Notes under the pieces: generated by a model | Told to the model about the DNA's origin: nothing | Database searches by the model: none | Seen by the model: the letters and a program-made list of their open reading frames with translations, nothing else | Shown: piece after piece, positions 1 through 13,200 of the stretch | Numbering within the stretch: the first letter of the stretch is position 1 | How the letters are laid out: every line of letters starts with the position of its first letter | Position numbers and translations under genes: made by a program | NCBI GenBank assembly: GCA_964304625.1 | Contig: OZ199838.1 | Span: 4,489,354 to 4,553,353, forward strand | Length of the DNA stretch: 64,000 bases | Source of the DNA: Kudoa neothunni | Lineage: Eukaryota; Animalia; Cnidaria | Direction: 5' to 3'

Positions 1-914
1 GATAAATCCAAATAGTCAAGTATAACAAACAGAGCGACTAAAGGAAATATCAACAATGGGAACACTAGATAACGTTATTAAACTTCTAGCCGTTAAACCA
101 CAGAGAAAGTAGTGATCGACCAGCTGAATTAAATAGCCTATAGACAGGTCAAATCGACAAGTCGATCTACGACATAACCTTCAAGAATATGTGAGATGAA
201 TTAACAAAAATGATTGCGAGATTGTGATCTAATGGATTCAAGAATGTTCCCCTTTAATCATTAATGAGTCTCCTACACAATGGAGATTCAAATATAAAAT
301 TGGATGGTTGAATGTAATTTTCTGAATTATAACCCTAAGATTTTAGAAGAATATCTGTAACAACGCAATAAACTTCCACAACGCTTTTAAATATGAGCAT
401 TTTTAATGCAGATCAAAATTTATCAAGGAATCTCATAAAAAAAGAACAATATGTGGCTTTCACCGCCATATTCATCAAAACAAACAAAAATTACTCATAA
501 TGACGAAGCGGATTGTTAGTTTTCCAATTTAGAGTAAGAAAGCGAATGGGATGTGATATATCGTCGATGCAAAAACGAAAATTACGCACGATTATTCAAA
601 AAATTACACAATACAAAATATCTGATTAAAAATTAACTAAAATATCTTAAGAATCAATTTAAAAAGTGGATTTTTCAACAATTTGGCAGCTCCATATTAA
701 GCTAAATTAAGATCACATTTACTTAAACAAAATCTAACACATGTTTGAGGAAGAAATGTTCGAATTTATGAAAAAATTAAAATCTTAAAACTTGAGACTT
801 TACAAAAGATTATACGAATTGAAATCTCATGTAATATTATGTAAAAAAAAATCTTGATGACTTAGCAAATTTATCGAGTCATTATCAACGCTATGTTAAT
901 TAAAAAACACTTAC

Positions 915-3240
915 CATAGAGTGAAGCGTTTCAGGAGCTCCTTTTACTGCATAGAAGTAATGACGACTTGAATCGCGCGATACTTCACCACTTACAGGCA
1001 AAACTCTGTCCATATTGTCGTCCACTCATGCAAATAAGAGCAGACATACGTTTTAGTTTGCTGGGAGAATGGGAAATCGTTTTTACAACTTGAATCTGTT
1101 TATGATCAAATGAAATACAATCGGCTCCTGGACAAAAATATGGTCACTTATTTTTCAACCAATATAACTGTACCTGTGAATTTGGCTTTAAGTGTATCGA
1201 GAGCATTTTTCTCAATAGGATCACCCACAATCACACTGTTTAATGAGGTTAATGAATGACAACCAATTACAACACTAAGCGACATGCCCGTAACCTCATT
1301 CAAAGGCACAACTAATTTAAAAACACGAATAAGCACATCAGTAAAAAAGAAAAATGTGTCACCTTTCTCACTCCCCATTTTCCAACTCATCCGCAACAAC
1401 AACGCCTTCAATGACCAAATTGTCCTCAGTCAATGTCCCAGTCTTATCAAAACAACACACACCTAATTTTCCTGCAAAAGGTATTCGGTATGGTTCAGTA
1501 CAATATATGCCTATGTATTGAAAAACTAAAAAAGGCTGTTTCTATAGTGACAACTACTTTTGGCTATCAGTTTTATCATGCTATTGTTCACTGCGAGAGA
1601 CAATTCGATGGGTAGTTCTGGAGGGTACACCGAAGTGAGAATAAGGACACATTCGAGCAACAGTTTGTATCGACTACGAACGGGGATCTTTAATTCCTTC
1701 AATCCACACATACCCAGCAGCGATACAAGCAAAAATTGACAAAAACAACAAAAACAAAGCTGTTTCCAGGGTTGTTGTTAGGCACATGATTAACACTGTA
1801 CATAATGGTACGTAAAAGACGTCCTTTAGAAGTGGAAAATCCTGTTCTCACACAAAGTGCGAGCGATCCATGATCAGGCGGGATTGATGACTTTCTTGAT
1901 TAGGTTTTGTTTCAAACCACTACTGTTGAGAATCGTTTGTGCCACAAGAGATGAGATTGACCTTCGGAATGTGCTCCAATTTGAATGGTTCACCGTAGAG
2001 TTGTTTTTCGATGGGTTCTTTGAGTTGGGGCACAGATTCACCAGTCAAGGAGGATTCATCCACAAGACAAGAACCATTCAACAACACCACATCACAAGGA
2101 CATATAGTTTTTGTAGTTTTGGTCGTTGGTGTTCGAATTGAGGGAGTGTTCTATGTGAACAAGATGAATTCAATAAACTCCATGGCACAACACTAGTTAA
2201 AACTCACTTAACGATATAATGTCCACCAGGGAGAGAGACTGGTGCTGTCCATAAGAGTCCACTTGTTTTCTCGAAACACATACAATGAAGATGGAGGATT
2301 TTGCATCTTTCTAATGAATGTCATATTGGTGCGTTGCTAAAAATTGGTAGCAGTACTATAAATTAATGGGTAAAAAATAATATAAACTCACTTGAAACAC
2401 AACAACACCTTCAAAAAACATCAACATTACCAATGTGAACAAACTGTAGTACCAATACTCATCAAGACACCACAACAAACAGCAGAATATTTGAAAAACA
2501 AACAATGGAGAATATATTCGTTCAATGAGTAGTTCTTTGAATGATGGCACATCCAAAGTCATACTAAATAGAAAAAACAAACTAAATTAGATCTACTTAA
2601 AAGTGTAAATGAACAACCTATTATCTCCATATTTCTTGGACAGTTGATCAACTTCATCGGAGGATTGAATGCCAGGAGGTGATATAAGCTGTTCCAGTAG
2701 AGACTCTTTACCATATTTATATTTGACGAATGATTGGGTGTTCGGAAGATTGAAAAATCGAATTTTTTGAAACAAAAAATATTTTAGAGTCTTTCCGTTT
2801 TCAAACTAGCAATAATTTTAAGACCAACCACAAAATCTAAATGAATACTTCACATTCTTGCAAAGGTACAACGACATTTTTCCCATGAAATTGTTCGGTC
2901 TTCACATAAATATAGCTAGCAGTAGATATGCTTGTTTGCTTTAAGATTTTTGTTATTATTATAAGTTTCAGTGATTAAATAGAACATTTTTACTTTCTTA
3001 TAAGATGTAAAAAGTCGATAACGAACACTCCATACATTAAACAAAAATAGAAGGGCGACCGCGATTGCATACAGAAACAAAACAAACTAACAATAGGATT
3101 CTATTTTCTTGTAGGGTTGTAGAAAATAGCAACGATCCCATAACGACATTCAGAGCAATCGAAATTTGAACATCCTTTCTTTGAATGCCATTCAGTTTAG
3201 TTACAGGTATAGTTTCTGAGAAATCGGAACCCGCTACCAT
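915..3240 (-). CDS. ATP13A1: P5A-type ATPase (ATP13A1/Spf1 orthologue), multi-exon, 5' part; gene continues beyond the window start
   Basis: Minus-strand exons translate to [29 protein letters not shown] (2390-2560), [31 protein letters not shown] (P5A PPELP motif), [26 protein letters not shown] (phosphorylation site, ~1420-1500), GCHSL..VGDPIEK and [13 protein letters not shown], ending at a GTAAGT donor at 914. Several +1 frameshifts fall in homopolymers. The start (ATG 3240) is uncertain. Confidence 0.92.
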
Positions 3241-4905
3241 TTTAATGAAAATCGCGATAATTCGGAATGTTGTCGATAAGGCTGTGTAAGTCGGCTATTT
3301 TTACACCTACAGGCACGTGTCTGTAGATAAAAAGAATTATTGTATGATAATTATTTCTGTTGAAATTTATTTTATACAATTTCTGAGAAAATGTTGAGTT
3401 TTCTTGTGTCGATTGTGGGTAAATTAGAGCGATGGGGGTGTTATTCTATATTTTGTTATCGACTAAAAAAATTGAGGTGAATTATAAATTAAAGAAATAT
3501 TTTTTGAGTCTAACCTATTTGTATAATATGAATAATTTATTTGGGGATATGTTGGAGAATTATATTCAATAATATTTCGATTAATGGTAAAGGAAGTTGA
3601 TAATTGGAATAAAACTAATGAGTTATATGGGTTTGAACTTTTTTAAAAGCTACAGCGTCGTACAGAAGGGGACGCAAGTCAGCAAAAAACATTAATTCGT
3701 TAAGTAGTTTGAAACTTTCCACTCTTTAGGTATAATTGAGATCCATATACCATATACATCTCAGGGGTTTTAAGTGTTAATATTTGATTATTTATAAACT
3801 TTTAATATTTTTATCAGTCTATTATAGTATTTTATGAATCAACCTATATTATACGTGTGAATTTAAGGGTGGGTGTTTGAGAAAGAATGAAACTCGTATA
3901 CAGATAGAGATAGTACGCATGGTTATATTGAGAAAACGGGTTGATGGATTAATAATTATTCTTTGAGGTTATTTGTGACATTATTTTATTAACAGTATAC
4001 ATTATATATAAAACTGAAGATACGTTTGATCCATGACGTATATAATGAAATTTGATGTATCATTATGTTTGATGTTTTAAAATATACTCATATAAACTCA
4101 AGAATTTATTTAAATTTATCGCCATAATCCATGAAACAAAATATTTCATTTATAAATATAATTAAAAGAAAAAAACACGGAAAAATATTTGTTTCCATTT
4201 TATAAATGTTAAGTTAACCAACTATTGCTAAAAGGATCATTTCTATTAATTTAATTTAAATTGAATTGAATTGAATGAAAATACCCTTCTATAGAACGGA
4301 GGAGAAAAAGGATTTTTTCATTATCACACAGTGTAGAATACGGGTAGATCGAGCCCGGCTCTCGATTGTCTAATTTGTGGTTCGTCAAGAAAAATAAATA
4401 AGCCAAAAACGGCAGTTGATTTATTTTTTTTAAGGTTAACAACCTTCTAAAAAATATGGTCCATAAATTTATCTTTGTCGACTTCTCAAAAAGTTTTCAA
4501 GGATCGAACTTTGGGCCTGGAGTCGAAAAGTTTGCTGCTAATAATAGGGAACAAAAGATGTGTATCCAAAATATTTCATGTTTTTAGGTCAAAATTGATT
4601 CTAACCAATGAGTCTGTGGTTGGCAGAACTTCGTAAGAGATGCTTAAGTTAACCATTTTTGATGAAATTTTACGTAAGTGGAGTTTTTCACAAGCATGGG
4701 AAAAGTTCTGACGCAGATTATTAGGCTGTGGAGTTATTGCTAGTTGGGCCTGCTCCATGAGCGCTGTAGATGTAGACACCGGCAGAATGTTGACATTTAA
4801 CCCTATCACACCTTATTTTTCTGTGGAAGATGTGAAAAGTTTAATCCATTAATATAATACTCGTCTTAGAGTGAACTGTCCTCTTTTTGGAATCTTATCT
4901 ATTAA

Positions 4906-4982
4906 CCTTCCGAGCGCTTCAAAATTGACTATACACTTGGTGCCTTTGGGGTCAAGTTTTACCCTCAGAAACGCTCGGAATG
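4906..4982. mobile_element. 77-bp piggyBac-type MITE
   Basis: TTAA(4902-4905) CCTTCCGAGCG...CGCTCGGAATG TTAA(4983-4986). Internal GGGGTCAAGTTTTACCC motif. The left part matches the ends at 54475 and 57889. Confidence 0.8.
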
Positions 4983-5071
4983 TTAATGCGATTAGGTCTC
5001 GTAGGATTTAAAAGAGAAATTTGATTGCCTAATACATCCCCACACGATTTAAATCGATCACGTTGGAAGGG

Positions 5072-6597
5072 ATTATGTCTCAGGGAATGAATATCTCCAA
5101 AACTACAGCAGATATTTTATTCATATTTTACATAATTTCTAGTATTTATTTAGCTTATTTTTTCGTTAGTTTTAGAGAAGTTTGAAGAAGAATAAATTTT
5201 CGTTAGTGCAACTATCCTGAGTTCATCAATATTCAATGTAATTATCATGTTTTTCAAAATTTCAGTAAAAAAGTATATTCCATTTTTACATTTAGTAATA
5301 TCAATAATTGATTTTTTCTCTTAAAGTAATTTTTAGCGCCAATTGTATTTTTTTGGATTGGGAGCGGTAGAAGATGAGTGCTAGCATGTTTATATACGGA
5401 AGGTGGTAGATTTTCTTCTAAGATATTTGTATCGTCATAATATAATATGATTAATTAGACTTCTGATAATCACAAACATTATTACTCTTTCCTAAAGAAT
5501 TGTTTAATCATCGGCGGGAAAAAATCATATGGAAAGAGGGTTTTAAATGTGGGTCTTATAATGACAAATAACAAATAAAAGGTTTCAACCATTAATGACA
5601 AGAAAAAAAATGTCAAATAAAAAAATTCGGACAGAAGTTAAAATAAATAACAAATTTATCGATGATGTTGGCCAATACAACTTTCAAATTTTGTGGGGAA
5701 CTTTTTTGATAAATCTATAAAGTTCTAATAGATTATTCATAAAAAATAACTAAGAATCGTAAAAGACGTTTTTTACTTTTTGTTCCCCAATATATATTTA
5801 ATTTTGTTAGCCAATACAATTATATTTAAAATTTAAAATAGTTGGAGACACGTGTGACAGTAAAGAAAAAACAAAATATTTTATGATTTAATTTCTGATA
5901 AGTGAGGACTAGGTGTGTCTCCTGTTGATTTTAATGGGGATCTCACCTATCAAAATGGCAAAACTTGGCACAAATAATGAATTAGAAATCTCATACGAAA
6001 ATAGTTATGTAATAGTGACATGGCCGAAAATAGCTTAGAATATTCCTTATTAAAAGTTAACATTTTAAATATTATTATTGTTTGGGTTTTTAAGCCTCAA
6101 AATTCCATTGATAGTAGAGTCAATTGTAAGGCTGGAAGGAAGTCATTTGTCGACAATTGTGGATATGAAGATGTATAAAAATAATTTATCATATCAATAA
6201 ATCGATAAAATTTAATATCTATATATGAAATTTATTTTCTTCATATGATAATTGTTAAATCTTATGATTTCTACCTCGCATTCCAAGTCATCATATATTC
6301 CATTTCTTTTAAGAAATACAAAATTAATATGAAAAAATAAGGTAATGAAAAATTTTTAAAATTTTTTGTATTTAAAACTAATAAATTGTTTATTTATCTA
6401 AATACTTAAAATTATATGATAATTACAATAGATTATTGATGGAGCTCAGGATCGTTGCATTACCGAAAATTTCTTTTTCTTCAAACTTTTTCCGAAACAT
6501 ACAAAAAAATTAGGTTGAGGAAACATTAGATAATACTTAAAATATGAATAAAATATCTGCAATAGTTTTAGAGATATTCATTCCCTGAGATATAGCT
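5072..6597. mobile_element. Unclassified non-autonomous TIR element (~55-bp inverted repeats)
   Basis: TCTCAGGGAATGAATATCTCCAAAACTACAGCAGATATTTTATTCATATTT (5078-5128) is inverted at 6540-6590 with few mismatches. No TSD or ORF seen. Confidence 0.6.
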
Positions 6598-6736
6598 ACT
6601 ACCATTTATGTTTATATCCGACCTTCCACCAATAGATGGAACCAAAACTGCAAGTGAATCATCAAAAATTGTGAGTGAAGAATCTAATCATAGTTTTGAT
6701 TGCAAAAATAAGAAAGTGTAGAAAGGAAGTAATAGT

Positions 6737-6815
6737 TTGACTAGAGCTAGGTTTGAACTCACGACTTCATGATTCGCAACCCAGGGGTCTAAAACACATT
6801 ATCTGTCCCTTGTCC
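6737..6815 (-). repeat. tRNA-derived SINE-head fragment
   Basis: Minus strand reads GGGACAGATAATG...GTGAGTTCAAACCTAGCTC (B-box-like). Similar to the heads of the SINEs at 38.6 and 46.9 kb. Confidence 0.4.
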
Positions 6816-8091
6816 GTAGTGCAGACTTTGCATCGTTTTTGATGGCTCAAATAATAGAAAACCTATGAAAAAAGGCCGAGGTCTGTCGTTGTTTTGTTAA
6901 ATATTGCAACTGTGTGGCGTTGTTCTATACCCCAAGAATACATAAAATAGGATGCTTATTGTAGTCAAATCCATGGAAACATCCAGTCCATTCCAATGAA
7001 TGCCCTTAACAATATTCGTAACTTCTTTGAATGAGTTTTTCTAGATTGCATTTTTTTGTTGTGAGAAGTTATCTTATGTATAAAAAGTTTCGAGCGTTAA
7101 ATTTTTGTCTAATATTATATACTCATTATACGATTTTCTATTGTAATTCTATTATTATAAAATCAATGTGTCCGTTATATGCAATTATACAACGCATAAT
7201 TATTAACGTTGAAACATAATGAGATAAATTTGTTGGTAGATATATTCATATTGAATATAATCGTATTCGAGAATAACCATCACCAAAAAATAGACGTGAT
7301 ATGTCATTAGGTGGATTAAAGATTATTACTATCTTAAAGAATTATATATTTTTGGACCTGGTGAATATAATCTAAGACTTTTATCAAACTATTTTCAATC
7401 TTAAAAAGTTGGTCGTATCGAATATTAACGCGAAATCCTAACTTTACACTGTATCGGAGAATGGGATTTTTAGTTGCTTAGTTGTTTTATTTTAAATTGA
7501 TATATCTCGAGCTAACATATACCTTAATAGTAATTTAAAAACTGCAAACTTTTGTTTTATCTTTGCCCTTGAAGCATTACCAAGTTTGTAGCCATTTCAT
7601 TAAGTTTAATCGATTACATTCATCTAAATATGCATGGATTTTTCTGTTAAAATATTGACGGAATAATATAAAAACTTAATAAAAATTTAAAACTTCACTT
7701 TAAGAATTATCGACAGTAGATGATTTTCTATGAGTACTTTACATAATTCTTAAAATTTAATTTTATAAACCCATTCAGTAACTTGCTGTATTATAACTCT
7801 CCGTACTTCGGAAAATTTTTTCGGAAACAATCAAATATTTTAGTTGAAAAATTGAAGATTAGCCTACAAATTATAAAAAAAGAAATATATGAAAATGCAG
7901 ATGATGTCATAAAAGAATTAAAATAAATATACTCTATCTTTTTAACAATAAAATTTTTTGGATCAAAAAACCAAAACAAAGTAAATTAAAAATGGAAGTT
8001 CTAATCTAATGTATAAATATTTTTCCTAGTTAGAAACAGTAGAGTAATGGTTAATCGTCAATTGGTCTTCTAGAAAGACTTCTCTTGTTAA

Positions 8092-10243
8092 GCCTCCGAG
8101 TAAAATGGGATGTATTTCCATCCCAGGAGACTGTTGATGACAATTTTTTCCCATTACAAGCTACAAACGCGATAGATACAATTCATGTTTCTGATAATCT
8201 TATAGATTTACGTAATACGTAAAAAGCGAAAATAAAATTTTAATTTTTTTTATTGTTATTTAAATTAACGCTAAAACAGCTTCCGAGTAAAATTGGGATG
8301 TAAATACACCCCAAGATTTTTTTTTGATAAAATTGTTTAAAATATTTTATCAAATATATTTGGAACTTTTTAGATAATTCTAATCGTTAAATAACTCTTA
8401 AATTGGCAATAACTTATTCAGTTTACTGAATGCACAAGCGCGAAAAGTAATGAGTTCTTGTGATTACAGTGGTAGTTAATCTCATTCTGATACTGATTCT
8501 TCTGATAATGAAGATCATACACTAATGTAACATTAGACTCATTAGTTGATAAAAATGGAGTGCTATGGACAGCTGAAAATATTATAAATAATCAACCAGG
8601 CGTTTCTCCTCACATATTTCAAAATTCTACCGAAGTTGTTGATACTTTTAAGGTGTTATTTAATCACGATATGTACAAGTTGATTTTAAAATTTTTGGTC
8701 ATGCTTAGACAAAATTAGACGAAACCGAACTTGATGGCTTCATTGGATACTTAATTTTAATGGTAATGTATAGAGACAACCATGAACCTGTTAAGGAATT
8801 ATTTGGATCTGAAGAAGGACTAAAAATTTACCGCGATCTCTTTTTATTAACAAGATTTTAGCAAATTAAAGGGGCATTTCACTTTGATAATTCAGAAACC
8901 AGAGGCTTGAGAAAAGTTGATGACAAATTTTGTCATATCGGGGATCTTTGGAACATTTGGGTTGATTTACTTAATCGTAGCTTTCGTCCATATGAAGATC
9001 TCTGCGTCGATGAACAACTTGTTGCATTCAGAGGTTGTTGCAAATTCAAGCGGTATATGCCGATGAAGCCTGCCAAGTACGGGATTAAGTTTTTTTGGTT
9101 GATCCTAGATCAACATTATTTGCAATTTATACGTCTACTTGGGTAAGCGGTCTCGGAATGACACTATAACCGTTAATGTTGGAAAAACATTGTTTTGTAA
9201 CTTATGGAATGAAGCATTCATAAACTCTGGGCGGAACATTGTTTGTGACAACTTTTTCATGCCAATTGAGTTAGTTGATGAATTGTTATGTAGAGAAATT
9301 ACAATTATTGGAACCATGCATGCAACCAAACGTGATATTACATTCTATCTACGACCTTAAAATACATCCCATTATATTCATCTATGTTGTATTTAATAAC
9401 GAAAAGATGATATTAAGGTATTTACCGAGGAAAAATAAGCTTGTCTCTACCCTTTGTTCATCTTCAAGTAATATACACATTGCAACTGAAACGCCATTTA
9501 AGCCCGATATTGTATTGCAGTATAATTCGATAAAAGGGGGAGTTGATACCATCTCAAGGTTATTGGCTTCAATTAGTGCCAGAAGAATCAATCGTCGTTG
9601 GCGACTAATTATGTTTTTCAATATGATAGATATTATCTTGATAAATGCTTCTTGCATATTCAAAGAACTCTTTTCTTCTGTAAGTCTTAGATGAAGAGAT
9701 TTCTTGAAAATGAAGGTTGAGCAAATGACACTTCCATTGCTATCAAGAAAAAGTCAAAGTATTCAACCCTACATTAGACCTATTGTAGAAGGGGAAACGA
9801 CTCTTCAAGGCAGATGTCGATTATGTGAGAGAAAAAATGGCAAGAAAACTTCCTCAAAGTGTGGAGTTTGTGCTAATTTTTATTGAATAAAACATTCGTA
9901 ATGTATTTGTCTTAACTGCTATAATAAATAATACACACATAAGTTTGTCTATGTATTGATTTTTATGAGTATGTAAAGTTCTAAAGAATTGACCAATTTT
10001 GTTTATACATATGCATATAAGGTTGAGCATTAATTGATTCATGTAAAATTTTCTGACCGTCAGAACATCCAAGTATACCCACCCACACACGCGCTGTTGA
10101 GGTTTAACAATGTTTTCTCATTAATTACTCAAAAATTACTCCAAAAAATTTTTCTCATTACACGGGAATAGTTACCTATTATTTTCCAATAATTTGGTAG
10201 CAAAAACCTGGGGAGTATTTACACCCCAATTTTACTCGGAAGG
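8092..10243 (+). mobile_element. piggyBac transposon, degenerate full-length copy
   Basis: Left end TTAA|GCCTCCGAGTAAAATGGGATGTA, subterminal repeat CTTCCGAGTAAAATTGGGATGTAAATAC at 8280, right end GTATTTACACCCCAATTTTACTCGGAAGG|TGAA. Encloses transposase remnants. Confidence 0.88.
8450..9886 (+). pseudogene. piggyBac (PGBD4-like) transposase pseudogene
   Basis: Fragments in shifting frames with stops: DEQLVAFRG..FKRYMPMKPAKYGIK, GRNIVCDNFF, YNSIKGGVD..RRWRLIMFFNMIDI, and a C-terminal cysteine-rich domain RCRLC..KTSSKCGVC. Confidence 0.9.
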
Positions 10244-13200
10244 TGAAATTTTCATGTCTTTGCGGGCTAAAAGATAAACATATTATTCAATAATTTTGGA
10301 TTAATTAATTTATTGAGCGATTCTCAAATTAATGTAAACCTTGTTTCAACATTTGTTTGAATAAATAAGCCATTAGCTTCTTATCTACTTGCAGAATAGC
10401 GTATATAAGAGTAGAATGTACTAAGCTAAAAGTATTCGTGATCTTAGATCCAAAATTTAATTTTAACATTGGATATTTTTATTTCTATGCGTTTATGATA
10501 CCATATTGAATCAATTTTGGCCTAAAAATTGCATAATATTGATTTGAATGTAAAAAATATTTGATAAAATATGAGAAATCATCGAATTAAATCTGACAGT
10601 TTTTACGTAAAAAAGTCTATGTAAACTCAAAAATGGTAACAACTTTTTAAAAATTAATATAATATAATTTCGATCTTATTAGATTAACATGATAAAAGAA
10701 GTTGCTAATTTCAAGCACTGTATAAAGTTTAATTGCCATTTTAGAGTTTACGAAAAAAATAAAAATATTTAAAATTATTAAAACATTTTACATCGTTTTA
10801 AGATTTGAAAAGCTCCATTTAATCATTCGAAAATTTCAGACATTTATAATCTCAAATTGTGTGTTTTTTAAATGATCACATTTTTTTGCGCCAAACGTGT
10901 ATCTTTATATGTGAAAAGTAAATCTGTCTTAAAAAATTTGTTATATGTGACAAATTATAAGAGAAATGCAACGTCTCTTGTAAACATGACATTATTGGTT
11001 CCACCTGACTTTAATTGCTCCTAACAGCATATTTAACACTTTTATGATATTCTATAAAAAATTATTAGCGGATTCTCCTTTTTTTTATCTAAGAGTAAAA
11101 GTTAATTTTAATCGACCATCATTCTGAAATAAACAATCATCAATCATAAGCAAATAATTTTTAATGGGGGTTTTAAACGAAGCAGCAAGAAATTCCCTAT
11201 TTCTGATAAAAATAAGCATTATATGAATATTCTAAAGTAAAAATACGAATTTTTGTAATGACTTATTCCTTCAAATGTACAAAAAATTCTGTATTTAAAA
11301 TATTGTTCCTTATAAACTTGTGTAGTTGTAGACGTAGATAGACAAAAAACAAAGAATCATACATAGAGACCGTAATTTTCAATTTAAATCGATAAACGTC
11401 GAATTTTTTTCGTTTTATTATGGACAGAAAAAGCAGACGACATGACAATTATATAGCCGAATAAATAGATTCAAATTGGAAATTGATATAAAAAATATAC
11501 CAACATTTGATAACATCGATCAACGAGAAATTCCATAGCAAGAGTTGTTGAAACTCTCACTCCATAGAAATGATAAAATGATAAGTCCTGTATTTTAGAG
11601 AATAACCAAATCGAAGTATTTCATACTGTCTGGGGTAGGCCAAGATTCGGTGCATACATCGCTATCACTTACAGCCGTGGAAAGAAATTTATCAAAATTA
11701 AAGCGTTTTCTCAAAAGTTATACAGTGAATTTAGCGTTTGAATGAATAAGAATGCTTTAAATATTATATTCTAAGGAAGAATTTTATAAGAAATTGTATT
11801 AATGTTTATTTCATTGACATTTAGCATGATAATAAAGTTCTGTATCGTACGTGCGCTAATTTTAAAATAAAGGTCGAATTTGTTAAAAATAGTCGTCGAA
11901 AAATACTGCCTCTAATTATATATATATATTGACTATGAATTTAATAAAGTGATCAATTTTTTTTATTTTTACATACTCAACTAGAAAAATTAGATCAACA
12001 CTTGTTCTCTATTCGAAATATTTTTATTTTTGCAAATGCCACATCGAAAGCATAATTCCTATTTTTCATATAATTAAATGAAACGAAAACACCCATTGAA
12101 GCTATTTTTTAAAATTATGAGTAAGCGTTCTGTTTTTATATTATTTTCTCAGATTAAATTAAAAATTATTAATTTTTAAATAACTTAGAATAAACTATTA
12201 GCAATTCTTGATTTTATCTCGATTTACATGAGGATATATAATAATTATATTATTTATTTTCGAATTCTTCCTGAGTTTCTTATCATTTCGCAATTTGTAT
12301 TGATTCATTTATTTTGAGTTTCATATACTAATACCACATATATTAAATATGGAGTACTACATGTACTTAACGGTAGTATCTTATCTGAGTGGTAATTTAT
12401 AAGTGTAACGACCAACATTATTATGCGAAGTGATGCGGCCGATACCAAACAAATTATATTATTTCCTGATACGGGGATTACTTTGAGTCAATTAAAAGCC
12501 TTCATGTCTTCATTGCGACGTTATTTGTAGGGATTTGAAAGTAAACTGATAATCTTATTTACTAGAATTAAAAAAGGATCTAAATACCAATAATAGTTTA
12601 ATATTTATCGTTGATTCTAATTTAACGAAATCGATCTTTCTACTACCAAAATTAGTCTCTGTGATATTATATGAGAAAATGTTAAAATTAATCTATTGTT
12701 ACGCCTTATTTAATCAAAGGGAAACATAATTTTATTATAAAATATTAACTTGCAATTAATTTAAATATTTATTGTTTGTTTAATTATATATATACACATA
12801 AGTGGTATTGATTTGTTAATACTAATAACAATTGCTTATACCAAGTGGGTTAATTATATGCTAAGTCGGTGTTAATCATAACGAAAGAAATAGCAGTGAA
12901 ATCCCCGAGAAAATATAGTGCAATTTTGACAAATAATGGAAGCCAAGGAGATTCATCATGATGATAATGTAAGAAGTGATAGCAAAAGTTGGTATAAAAG
13001 ACTGTTTGCTCCTTCTAAAAAGAACTATAATGATTCTGAAAGTATCACTTGAAATATGTTTACATTTAATAGCAAACGAGTTTAAATGACATATGTGTAT
13101 ATACTTTCTAATTAGATCATCAATCTCTAAAGAAAAAATCGAAAAGTTGGAATATTTCAAGCTCAACTCAGGTTAATAACAAAAATTCTCTGAGACCGTG

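Noticed and set aside
12938-13052. Short coding-looking stretch MEAKEIHHDD...KSWYKRLFAPSKK
   Set aside because: Only 38 aa, with no linked exons that I could establish.
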